Shown here piece after piece: positions 25,360-36,489 of a stretch of DNA of 47,539 nt (position 1 is the first letter of the stretch; each line of letters starts with the position of its first letter). A model generated the notes under the pieces. That model searched no databases, was not told where the DNA came from, and was given only the letters and a program-made list of their open reading frames with translations. This stretch comes from Octopus bimaculoides (taxonomy: Eukaryota). Both the position numbers and the translations under genes were made by a program. Location: the NCBI RefSeq assembly GCF_001194135.2, contig NC_068990.1, forward strand, positions 24,099,275-24,146,813, read 5' to 3'.

Positions 25360-25636
25360 GTCAGTATGAGACACAGAGACAATATCAAAGTACCAGGACC
25401 TAACCATTGAGCTTCAGAAACTACGAAATGTGCGGGTAAAATGTATCCCAGTAGTTATAAGGAACTGTCCCTACAGGTTTGAGAAGATAGAGAGAGGAAA
25501 TTGGCATAAAACCCGGTGTTATAGGGGAGAGGTAGGATATTAAGGGCTCTTGGTATCTAAGGTTACTTGTTGTAGCCCAGTGTTAGGATTTTGTTCTTTT
25601 CAAACAATTTAATCTAATGATCTTAATAATAATAAT
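25359..25636 (+). mobile_element. Second, different R4/Dong-like 3' end stacked on the first one's (TAA)n tail
   Basis: SKYQDLTIELQKLRNVRVKCIPVVI...GIKPGV...ILRALGI*, ends with TAATAATAATAAT. Confidence 0.7.
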
Positions 25637-26899
25637 TGCGTTGCAGATTATTACTGACACATATTTTTGAAATACTTGAAGTACAATACAAATGTTCACT
25701 GATTCTAAAATTATCATCAGAATTTGGTAAGGAAAATTCCTGTTTTGTTCCCGTGAACAGAATCATCCATATTTTATTAGAAACACCTGATATCTGTGCA
25801 ATTGTACATTCTAAAATTCTTCATTGTTTGAAGAAGGAACAGCAGAGATTGTGATATATTAGATTACACCACCAAGCCAAATATTGATTCGACCTCAGGT
25901 TAATGAACAGCCAATTTGTCTTGAAAGTCCGATAAAAAGAAACTCCACCAGAGAGTAATTAATAATAAATATGTACTGTTATCTAACCTCGAGGGTCTAA
26001 TTTTACAGTGGGACTAAATATATGGAGATGTGTTTCCTTATGTATATTTATGGGTATCCTCCACACACTGTGTTGGTAATATACTGATAAATTAATAATA
26101 GGAACGGAACAAACGTGACCAGTAGAAATGATATTCATTAGCAGGAAGAAATATTAGTTAATGAGAGAGAGAGAGATAGATAGACAGAGATAAATAGATA
26201 GAGAGAGATAAATAGATAGAGAGAGAGCAATACAGACTCCGAGAAACTGAATAGCAATACATATTTCATAAACTAAGTGGGCGAAAGAAAGATATATATC
26301 CTGCTTGTAACAACCTATAAAAGCCAATTAAGAACGCCTCTACGTAGTCTTTTGCCCACCTAGAAATAGCGACCAAGTCCTTCCTGCACCAAATACTCCA
26401 CACAAGTGACTTAAAAATTGAAAGAATTCACAAGTTAAGGTGTAGATGTGTGGTTAAGAAGTTCACTTTGCAACCAAATGGTTTCATGTTCACTCCTGTG
26501 TCATTTATCATAATAATACTTTTATCATAACTTTTAATCTTTTTAATAAAAAATGAGTAATGTACGTGTTTTATTTTTTTCTCAGCTGTATACCTACTTT
26601 TGCACCTACCTGCATATATAACACATGGAAATATGTGTATATAAATGTGCATGTTGTTATGTTTATCGTCCCCGCCACTGGTGTAGTTTTTTTTTTCAGG
26701 CTTCCTGTAACGTAGCAGTTCAGTAAATGACAATGACTGAAAAAATTTCAGCCTTTACATAAAAAAAAAAAATAAAAAAAATTACTCGGGTAGATTTGTG
26801 TGTGTGTGTGTGTGTGTGCATATATATACACACTCACACATGCATGAACAAGACACGTAATAGTACGTGCATAAACATATTTACTAGTTTATATATGTA

Positions 26900-27052
<153 letters not shown>

Positions 27053-27167
27053 TGATCAAAACAGTTTGATTCGGATTCTTCGGTACTCTGAGTTTCAAGC
27101 GTGTGGCTAGTCTTCGGTCATTGGAGTCCGAATGAGAGTTCGGTTGAGGAGAGTCAATGTTTACTAC

Positions 27168-27267
27168 TGAATGTCAGGCGAATTTTTAACTCATTGTTGA
27201 AAGACGAACGTAATGCCGCTAAGCATTGCGGCCGGCGTGCTAACGATTCTGCCAGCTCGCCGCCTTA
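27168..27267 (-). mobile_element. SINE-A 5' half
   Basis: GCTAAGCATTGCGGCCGGCGTGCTAACGATTCTGCCAGCTCGCCGCCTTA. Confidence 0.85.
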
Positions 27268-27274
27268 CGTATTA

Positions 27275-27520
27275 TCATGAGTCTAGGACATTTACCCCAC
27301 CCCATGGACTATAAGACCACCCCCCAAGAACAATTACCCCTGAGCACAATGAATGATGATTTAAAACTTCTTGATATGTTGGAGAGGAGGTAATTAACCA
27401 AGTGGGGTAATTGTCCTAGAAGGTAGTTTTCGTTGGGGGAATTGTCCTATGAGGGTAATTGTCCTAGGAGGGTAATTTTCCTAGGAGGGTAAATGTCCTA
27501 GGAGGAAAATTGTTATGATT
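27275..27520. repeat. Fold-back element with ~18-bp tandem units GAGGGTAATTGTCCTAGG
   Basis: About 6 units at 27404-27515; inverted copies CTAGGACATTTACCC (27283) and AAGAACAATTACCCC (about 27326) on the left. Confidence 0.7.
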
Positions 27521-27917
27521 CAATTATCACAGTCTGGTAAAATATAGCTACCCAGGTTTTTCTGGGCGAAATAATAATTTATTTCACCATTTTTCCTACT
27601 GGTAAAAACAAAGCAGCTTACTAACAGTATTCAATGCTATTGACGTTTGATTGAGCACGCGCATCTAGAAAAAAGATAAAAAGAATCGCTGGGGAAGTAA
27701 TTAACGTCATAATAAATATAAGCAGTGTATTACGGACATGAAAAATTACATAAACCTACATCAGAATTCTTTATGATGTGTCCGGTAGTTTATCTTTAAT
27801 TTCCGCTGGGATGTATTTTGCACACTGCGGACATGAAGAAAAATTCTCGCTCCTAATATTTACACAGTCACAGAAGGTTCTTAAGTTTCTGAAAAGAGAC
27901 AATTTTCAATACATATA

Positions 27918-28779
27918 CGAGTAGGTACCCAAAAGAAACCGGAATTTTGCAATATTATTTTATTCACTTAGTTTTTCATGTTTACACTTTTATCGCCTCC
28001 GAAGTATTCTCGTGTTTACCACTTTTCGAAGCAGAGCTGGAACTCTTGCAAAGTGATGCCTTTTAACGCCTCCGTCGTTTTTTTCTTCACCTCTTCCATA
28101 TCTGCAAATTCCATAGCACCAGCTTTCATCACCAATAATCACTTTCGAAAAAAATTTTCGGATTGACTTACAACTGTTCTTCCAATTCCCGACACGCATT
28201 CTGTGGTGACTAATTTTGATCTTCCGTGAGCAAGCAAGGCACAAATTTTGCTGCACCTTTTTTCATTCGTAATTCCTCGCTCAAAATTCGTTGGCTCCAG
28301 GACATACCAGACATATCAACATTTTCGTCAGTTGTTCGGTGACGGTCCTCCGAGATCAGTTCATGATGTTTTCATTCGTTTGGGAGGACGACGGTCGTCC
28401 TGAACAAGGTTGGTCTCGAAGCAACAAGCGACCATTCCAAAAGCGTGGAAAGTACTCGTAAACTTGTGTTTTTCTCATGGCAGCGTCTTTGTAAGCTTTT
28501 TGAAGCATAACTGTTTCGGCTGCCGTTTCCCCCAGCAGAAAACAGAATTTCACAGAAGCACGCTGTTCCTTTGCTTCAGCCATCGCAAAACTTAACGAAC
28601 AGGGAAGAAGCACTGCAAAACAGTGACACACAACGTGGCAGTACGACCCCAACGGAATGATGCCGGTCGGCAGACTGATGCCTGAGAGTCGCATCAAGTG
28701 GCTTCTATCGGCGTAAGATCCAACTACAACAAGTTTGTCCCACAGAGAACGTTTCCTGTTACTTTTGGGTACTCCCGCG
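27918..28779 (-). mobile_element. Internally deleted mariner element with both TIRs
   Basis: TIRs CGAGTAGGTACCCAAAAGAAACCGGAA / reverse complement CGCGGGAGTACCCAAAAGTAACAGGAA, TA flanks; MAEAKEQRASVKFCFLLGETAAET...SGRPSSS from ATG 28583; KVIIGDESWCYG followed by a deletion of the catalytic core. Confidence 0.92.
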
Positions 28780-28979
28780 TATGCGTACATACGTACATGC
28801 ATGCATACATGCGTGCTTATATGTATATATATATGCACATACATTTCTTTTAGTAAGGTTTCCGCATTTTTTATTTAGCAAACTCACGAGGCAATGGTAA
28901 GAACACTAGTGCTCCCAAGTGCAAAGCACTGGAACTGAACCTGGAATTATGAGTTTATGGATAGAAAGTCTTAATATAT

Positions 28980-29112
<133 letters not shown>

Positions 29113-30006
29113 TATATACACGCGCGCGCGCACATATACACATACATATGTATGTTTTCACCCTCAAACATTTACTATGTATTCCTGAGGCTATATTTTT
29201 TCTAATCTACATCTTTGAATTTCTGAGAGGAAAAAAAAAAAACAAAACAAAAACAAGTATATAGAAACAGAAAACATGATTAGTTTCCGGATGTATTGCG
29301 TTTCTGAATGTAATTCTGTTGGTGAATAATTCCATGAGCACCGGAATATGTAATCTATGTAGAACTGGCAGGTAATAAAAGAAATTTTAAAACGAAGCAT
29401 CAATACAGTCGGGATAACTTTGAAATGCTCTGTTAGAGGTATTAGCGCACAAAAAATATATACATATATAATATATAAATATCTTTTTCAATTGAATGTT
29501 GCGTAACAATTCTTTCATTGCATTCTAATACAGATCGAATTAAATTGCAGGTATCTGTTGCTTTGATTTGCAGTGTATTGAAATTCTACTGAAAAGATAA
29601 GAAAAAATATTCTCTATATGGGGTGTGATATCGTAAGAGAGTTACAGTCGAATATTTTCTATTTGATTTCTGCTGCACAAATTGCAGAAGTGTAAAGACG
29701 TTGATTTGTTGCTATATAAATAAATAAATGGAATCCTTGAACATAGAGAAGAGCTGCAGGTCAACTAAACCTTTGTCTTGTAATTGAATCGATCTCTGTA
29801 GATGTCTTAATAAAAGATAGTAAAGAGCTAATGTCAAACCGTAAATAACTCGTAGTAGCACTTTACTTGAAATATATTCGGGGTTTTAAAGAAATTACAC
29901 TGAAGAATACGTTTTCATTACCTTGTGTGTGGGTCCCATGGTAGTTTAAGTATAGAGGAGCACTTGTTTATTACACAATATTTCTCTGTTCGAGTGGTGA
30001 ACTTAC

Positions 30007-30103
30007 CTTTGGCTTTGTAATCTATTTAAAACTAGATTACATGGACCTGAGAGGATTTAGCTGGATGGAAATCACAACCATGATTTAAAGAAACGAGCGC
30101 CGT
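30007..30103 (-). other. Candidate 97-nt non-coding (5' UTR-like) exon
   Basis: Strong acceptor AATATTCTCTTATTTTTAG and donor AAG|GTAAGT; stops in all three frames. Confidence 0.3.
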
Positions 30104-30651
30104 CTAAAAATAAGAGAATATTGCAAATTACTTTGCAAGTAGAAATTTGATGAGGCCGATTTTGCCATAAAAATAACGGCTACATGTTAGAACACGTGAT
30201 CAGGAGCTTCATTTGAGGTGCCAGCTCGCTTGAAGAGATCGTGTTTCGTTTCTACTGTCTGAAATTGTCTCATATGAGGATATTTTCCCGTTTGTTGATG
30301 AGGGTGTCATATAACAGTTTGTAGTACTAAACAAGCTGTCCCCAGGATGTTGTGTCAATATTCATGTTTCTGTCTTACTTTCAGACTAACCTTGCAACAT
30401 TTTTGGAGGCCACTGACCGCTTCGCTGTTTCAAACACGGTAAAATGAAGTCTCTTTGCTATGCGCATTTTATTTGAGCTGCATGACTGGTTCGAGTTTCT
30501 TTTTCCCTTTTGTTCTTTTTACAACTGAATATATATTAATTGAATTTTGGTCTATTGCAGTATTTCGACATCTAGAGCTTTGTCTTGCCACCTAATGTAG
30601 CAGTCTGCAGAGTTTTACGGTACGAAAATAATTCATCCGTCTTGTGTTTGC

Positions 30652-31211
30652 TGTACTTATTTTATCGACCTCCAAAGGATGAAAGACAAAGTCAACCTCG
30701 GCGGAATTTCAACACAGGAAAACATGAAATCCCTCTAAGCACTTTGCCCAGCGTGCTAACGTTTCTTATTTCTTTATTGCCCACAAGGGGCTAAATATAG
30801 AAGGGACAAACAAGGACAGTCGAAGGGATTAAGTCGATTACATCGACCCAGTGCGTAACTGGTACATAATTTATCGACCCCCAAAGGATGAAATGCAAAG
30901 TCGACCTCGTCGGAATTTGAAGTCAAAACGTAGCGGCAGACGAAATACCACTAAGCATTTCGCCTGGCGTGCTAACGTTTCTTATTTCTTTATTGCCCGC
31001 AAGGGGCTAAATATAGAGGGGACAAACAAGGAAATGCAACGAGATTTAGTCGATTACATCGACCCCAGTGCGTAACCGGTACTTAATTTATCGATCCCGA
31101 AATGATGAAAGGTGAAGTCCTCCTCAGCCGAATTTGAACTCAGAACGTAGCAGCAGACGAAATACCGCTACGAATTTCGCCCGGCGTGCTAACATTTCTG
31201 CCAGCTCTCCA
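30652..31211 (-). mobile_element. SINE-A head-to-tail trimer (tail B, tail B, truncated third unit)
   Basis: Two identical minus-strand junctions GGGCAATAAAGAAATAA|GAAACGTTAGCACG at about 30981 and 30765. Confidence 0.93.
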
Positions 31212-31645
31212 CATTAGACGATATACACTTTAACAAACTTGTCTGTAGACAACACTCCTCTAATAAGTTCATTTATGTATGGTAATTAATAAGGTAGAGC
31301 ACTGGAAAATATTATCAGCTAATTGAACAAACATCTAATTAAAATTGTTCTAAGTTTCTAAAGAACAATCATGTAAAACTAAATTGAAGACTATATATGA
31401 AAATTACTTGAAGATACTTAATTAAATGGTACAGATTTGGATTTAGACTTAAGTATTTAATAAAAACAATTAATTACATTTTGCACTCCTATGTTGAATT
31501 CAGCTTTTATTGAACATTTATGAAACCTACGCTTTCTTTTCGAATGTAAATCATCGTAGTAACTATTTTGTATGTATGCTTTTTAAAAAGGCGGCTCTTG
31601 GTCTAAAAAGTAAAGAAATTAATATGACTAAATTGATATAAAAAT

Positions 31646-31995
31646 AACAAGAGCACTCAGAGAGCGCAAACCTCCACCAAGGCAACGTCGACGTCCTCTC
31701 AACAATTAGCCAGAGATGATTTTTTAATATGAGAATATCTGAAATAAATCCGACGACGTTCACAAATGAGAATATTAAAAATTGACCCGACAGCTCTCAA
31801 AAATTAAGTAAAAAACAGGGAAAATAATACAGAATCCTTGCCCGGTACAGGATGGATCCCAAAATCTAAGCGGTTCGTGCCAGTCACGAGGCCAAACATT
31901 CCTGAAAGTTTTATCCGAGTCCATCGAGCGGCTCATTAGATATCTTGTCTACGGACTAACAAACACGACTGAAAACAATACCTAAGGCGGAGGTA
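31646..31995 (+). mobile_element. Probable Helentron/DINE-like non-autonomous element
   Basis: Sub-terminal ACCTCCACC near the left end inverted with GGCGGAGGT at the right end, remnant terminal hairpin TACCT..AGGTA, A-rich flanks, no TSD; family recognised from recurrence in cephalopod DNA. Confidence 0.5.
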
Positions 31996-32015
31996 AATAT
32001 AAGCGTTTTGATGCT

Positions 32016-32262
32016 AGGTGCAGGCGTAGCTGTGCGGATAGGCTTACTTTCTAATCACATGGTTTTGTGTTCAGTCCTACTGCGTGGCATCCTGGGCAAG
32101 TATCTTCTATTATAGCTCTACCAAAGCCTTCTGAATAGATGTGGTAGACAGAAACTAAAAGAAGCCCACGGTATGTATATATGTGTATGTGTGTGTGTGT
32201 GTGTACATGTGTGTTCGTGTCCCAGCACAGCCGCAATCCAATGATTGAAAAAAGTAGAAGAT
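32016..32262 (+). mobile_element. SINE-B with internal deletion
   Basis: AGGTGCAGGCGTAGCTGTGCGG head, GTTCAGTCC B-box, GGTAGACAGAAACTAAAAGAAGCCC core, CCAGCACAGCCGCAATC...AAGTAGAAG tail. Confidence 0.82.
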
Positions 32263-32394
32263 AAAAAGACAAACGATAAGATTAATTGTATTTTTATAAG
32301 ACATTTTGGCGTAGTAAGATGATGCTCGTTTTGTACTCATAGCATCCCCGTTTCAATTTCGCTACATCGCACTTGAGCATGTGTTGTTTTGAGC

Positions 32395-32800
32395 ATGTGT
32401 CGGTAAAATTGCTTAGCGACATTTCTTCCACTTCTTTTCGTTCTAAGTTCAAGCTCCACCTTGGTCGAATTTGTCTTTCATTCTTTCGGGGGTCGATGAA
32501 ATAAGTATTAGTCGAGCGCTGGGATCGGTCGATATATTCGACTAATCCCCTCTCCAAAATTTCAGACCTCGTGCCAAGACGAGAAAGAATTATTATAGGA
32601 GAGCTGGCAGAATTGTTAGAGCACTGGACAACAAGCTTAGCAGTATTTATTCCTCTTTACGTTCCGAGTTCAATTTCCAACTGTCAACTTTGTCTTCTAT
32701 CTTTCCAGAGTCGATAAAATAAAGTACCCGTCAGGTACCGAGTGACTAGCACCACCAATCAAAATGGTTAGTCTTATACAAAAATTTGGAACCATTATTA
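32395..32800 (+). mobile_element. Two adjacent decayed SINE-A copies (32395-32596, 32597-32800)
   Basis: Family core and tails AATTTCAGACCTCGTGCC and AAAATTTGGAACCATT. Confidence 0.78.
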
Positions 32801-33312
32801 CGAGAAATTAGTTCGAAAACTCGTTGTTGTCTCGTAGTTAAGCTCTGTAACGCACCATAGTTATGAGTTATTATTTAACTGGATGATTGTCAGATTGACT
32901 AATAGCCTTTCAATAAGATTTTGTAGATAACTTGTCTGCTAAGCCTATTAGCTAACAATTACAATAACAAGGTTTATAAGACACAGCAGTAATGTTGCTC
33001 AATATTAAAAATATTGTATGTCATATCACATTACAAAATGTCATCAAGCAGCTTATGACACTGTTGGCTCACAGACACACCAGGAGACGAGACCAATCTC
33101 ACCTGCTATTATCACATCTAACATTTCTATTTGAATTAGAAGCACTTCAATATCTAAGATACCTGCAACTACTGGAAGGATGATGTGAATCTAAAAGCAG
33201 TGCTACCCGTTTCTTCTCATATTTCAGGTGACTCAACACCTTTAGTGGTTCTTCAGCACCAATGGTAGTGAAACTTTATGGCCTGAAATTTGAATTTCTT
33301 TAATATTTATGT

Positions 33313-33490
33313 CAGCACTCCGGACAAAATGCTTAGTACCATTTCGTCCGTCTTTGCGTTCTGAGTTCAAATTCTTTGTCTTTCGTACTTCCAGATTCTA
33401 TAAAATAAGTACCAGTTGTGCACTGGGTTTGATGTAATCGACTTACTCCCCCACCTAAAATTGCTGGCCTCGTGCCAAAATCTGAAGCCT
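33313..33490 (+). mobile_element. SINE-A, 5'-truncated
   Basis: AGCACTCCGGACAAAATGCTTAG...AAATTGCTGGCCTCGTGCCAAAATCTGAA. Confidence 0.85.
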
Positions 33491-33567
33491 ATTTGTTATT
33501 AGAGTGTTACTGATATGTATTCAGGAATTTTAGTTTCTAATTGCTTATTATTATAATAACATTTATG

Positions 33568-34003
33568 AAGGCGGCGAGCTGGCAGAATAGTTAGCACCCG
33601 GGCGAAATACTTAGCGGCATTTCGTCTGCCGTTACGTTCTGAGTTCAAATTCCGCCGAGGTCAACTTTGCCTTTCATCCTTTCGGGGTCGATAAATTAAG
33701 TACCAGTTACGCACTGGGGTCGATGTAATCCATTTAATCCCTTTGTCTGTTCTCGTTTGTCCCCTCTATATTTAGCCCTTTGTGGGCAATAAAGAAATAA
33801 GAATCGTTAGCACGCCGAGCGAAACGCTTAGAGGTATTTCGTTCTGCCGCTATGTTCTGAGTTCAAATACCGCTGAGGTCGACTTACCTTTCACCCTTTC
33901 GGGATCGATTAAATAAGTACCGACTACGCAATGGGGTCGATGTAATAGACTTAGTCCCTTCCCCCAAATTTGAGGCCTTTCTCTTCAAGCAGAAAGGATT
34001 ATA
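33568..34003 (+). mobile_element. SINE-A head-to-tail dimer (tail B unit then tail A unit)
   Basis: Junction GTGGGCAATAAAGAAATAA|GAATCGTTAGCACGCC at 33800/33801. Confidence 0.93.
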
Positions 34004-34030
34004 ATGGCATTTGTCTCTTCTTTCTTCTGG

Positions 34031-34231
34031 TGACAAATTGGCTGAATCGTTAGCACGCCGGTCAAAATGCTTAACAGCATTTCGCCTGTCGCTACGTTCT
34101 GAGTTCGAGTTCCGCCGAGGTCGACTTAGCTTTTCAATTGGTAAATAAGTACTAATTGAGCACTGAGATTCGATGTAATGGACTTACTCCTCACCACCCG
34201 AAATAGCTGTCCTTGTGCCAGAATTTGAAAC
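34031..34231 (+). mobile_element. SINE-A
   Basis: TGGCTGAATCGTTAGCACGCCGG head, core, GTCCTTGTGCCAGAATTTGAAACC tail. Confidence 0.85.
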
Positions 34232-34419
34232 CTTTATAATAACTTCTTTTTTTCATAACATGATATTGTTCGAAGATTTTCTTTTTACAAAGTCCAGAGC
34301 GTTTCACCTAAATAATCTGGAGTGTACTCCTCACACGGATATGCGTTCGCCGTCATCACTGTTTTACACGAACAACAGGTGAGAGCGTCATCTCTATATA
34401 TATATTAATGTCTCACAAT

Positions 34420-34640
34420 AGTGATTTCAAATTTTAACACAAGACTAGCGATTTCGTGTAGAGGTCTTAGTCAATAGGATCGACCTAACTATTTCATTCG
34501 TCCTTTAATTAATCGATCCCGGAGGAATGAAACGCAAAGTTGTCTCCGGTGAAATTTTATTTCAGAGCATAAAGAACCAGAACGAACGCAGCTAAGATTT
34601 TTTGCCGACGTTCTGACGATTCTGATAGGTCACTCCTTTC
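34420..34640 (-). mobile_element. SINE-A, old copy
   Basis: GATTTCAAATTTTAACACAAGACTAGC tail, ATCGATCCCGGAGGAATGAAA core, GACGATTCTG head. Confidence 0.72.
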
Positions 34641-34844
34641 TAGCATGATAACTTAAAATGCTAGAAATAGCAGTCATATCTATCTCAAATTACACCTTAT
34701 TGTCCTAACAAGCACAACACCTGATAATGTAGATAGGAAAAAATGTATTTGGTAAAAAACAAAATGGCCTCGGGTGGATGTCTTATGTTCCATTTTTAAT
34801 TCTTGAAATCTTTCTATAGTTCTCTATCTCTCTTTGTCTCTCTG

Positions 34845-34995
34845 AAGGGTTCAATCGAGCAAATGGACTCTAGTACTTACTTTTTAAAGTCTGGTACTTA
34901 TTCCATTGGTCTGTATTTCTGGATTGCTAAATCACGAGGAGGTAAACAAACCAGCACTGGTTGTCAAGTGGTGATGGAGGACACAAGTACAAACA
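34845..34995 (-). mobile_element. SINE-B 3' body fragment
   Basis: Reverse complement CTTGACAACCAGTGCTGGTTTGTTTAC...GAATAAGTACCAGACTTT. Confidence 0.6.
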
Positions 34996-35271
34996 CACTC
35001 ATACTGATCCAAATACTTGCAACAGAGTGGACGACGCTAAAAGCACCGTGGTTTCCGGATGATGGCGAATAAACAACTGCATAAATCTACCATCGAAGTA
35101 CTCAACACTGCAACACACGCAGCCGTAGAGCCCATGCCACCACATCAGCTAGCTAGTTTCATGTCAAACCGTCCAACCCATGCCAGCATGGAGAGCGGAT
35201 GGTAAACGTTGATGATAATGATGATGATGATGAGGAGGAGGAGCATTATGATGATGATAATGATGCCGATG

Positions 35272-35312
<41 letters not shown>

Positions 35313-35318
35313 TATATA

Positions 35319-35466
35319 CGACGGGCTTGCACACAGTTTCCATCTACTAAGTTTACTCACAAAGCATTGGTAGGCACGTGGCTAGGTAGGCACTTGCCCA
35401 CGGTGACACTAAACCCGAAATTATGCGGTTGCAAAGTGAGCTTCTCAACCACACAGCCATGCCTCG
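35319..35466 (-). mobile_element. SINE-B 5' part. Further head fragments at about 26434-26495 (+), 28890-28970 (-), 41676-41752 (-), 41965-41985 (+)
   Basis: CGACGGGCTT...CAGTTTCCATCTAC...CACTTGCCCA...ACCACACAGCCATGCC. Confidence 0.75.
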
Positions 35467-35865
35467 CATGTCCGTGCATGTTGAATATTTTCACGTCTTT
35501 TTCCCAACTGATTTGCAGAATGCCTATTAGTTTTGATATAAAAGCTCAGTTCATATATATATATCAAGAGGATGTGTTATAATACCATTTCGCAACCATA
35601 CCAACAATCCAATAATACTATTCTACATATACAAAAGCAGCCATACCAACAATCCAACATATCTCCATCATCAGCTGCCCCACAGATATCATTATGGTTT
35701 CGACACCTGGGCAGTACTATTCAATCCGGCAGTGCCAACAGCACTAAAATAAGAGTTGATTGGGAAGAGACAAAGCAAAAAACCACAACTTTCAAGCACA
35801 TTTACCCTTTGTACAACCGTATTGATAAATAAATTCAATAAGTAAATTACCACCACTCCTATATA

Positions 35866-35901
<36 letters not shown>

Positions 35902-36489
35902 TGTATACAGCAACAAAACGAAAAGCCTTAGTGATTGCGATTAGACATGAAATACAAAAACTAAGTAGAGATGATATTGTAGGTGTCGAATCAGTGAACT
36001 ATAAATGTTCTTTTCTGTTTTTACTGATTTTCAAAGAAATGCTCAAATCTAGAGGACAGCTGACTTCTGCAAAAGTTCATAACAGTTTTGTAGAATTTAG
36101 CAGCGTACATTGATTTAGTAACATCATACCACATAGGAAGATATAATCTTGACAGCTTTGAAGAAGCTAGTAATCACACGTGTAATGTCGTCCATAGATA
36201 TTTGACATAAAAGATATTTTGGTCTCATCCTGGTGGAGAGTGTGGGCTGAACGTCATGGTATATTTTCTTCAGTAGATATATCATCTGATGGGATGTCAC
36301 GATTCGGAGCCTAAGTGATGCTACACTTCCTGACAAATGTTGATATCATTCTCAAATGCCTGAGATATAAATACAGATGCATACTACAGGGTTGATAGTC
36401 ATTGCTTCTTTCAATAGTGTGTATCCTTATCTGTGCAAGCGCTTGTTTGTGTATCTGTGTGTCTGTGGTGGGGGTGGGGGTATATGTGT

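Noticed and set aside
25636-25854. Short ORFs on both strands
   Set aside because: No motif, the start codon is non-ATG, and no convincing splice pair was found.
30652-31211. Regularly repeated sequence with spacers, resembling a CRISPR array
   Set aside because: The units are ~215-bp SINE bodies in a eukaryotic context, with no unique spacers and no cas genes.
36000-36370. Coding-looking minus-strand stretch
   Set aside because: Stops occur in all frames and no TE or host motif could be assigned.
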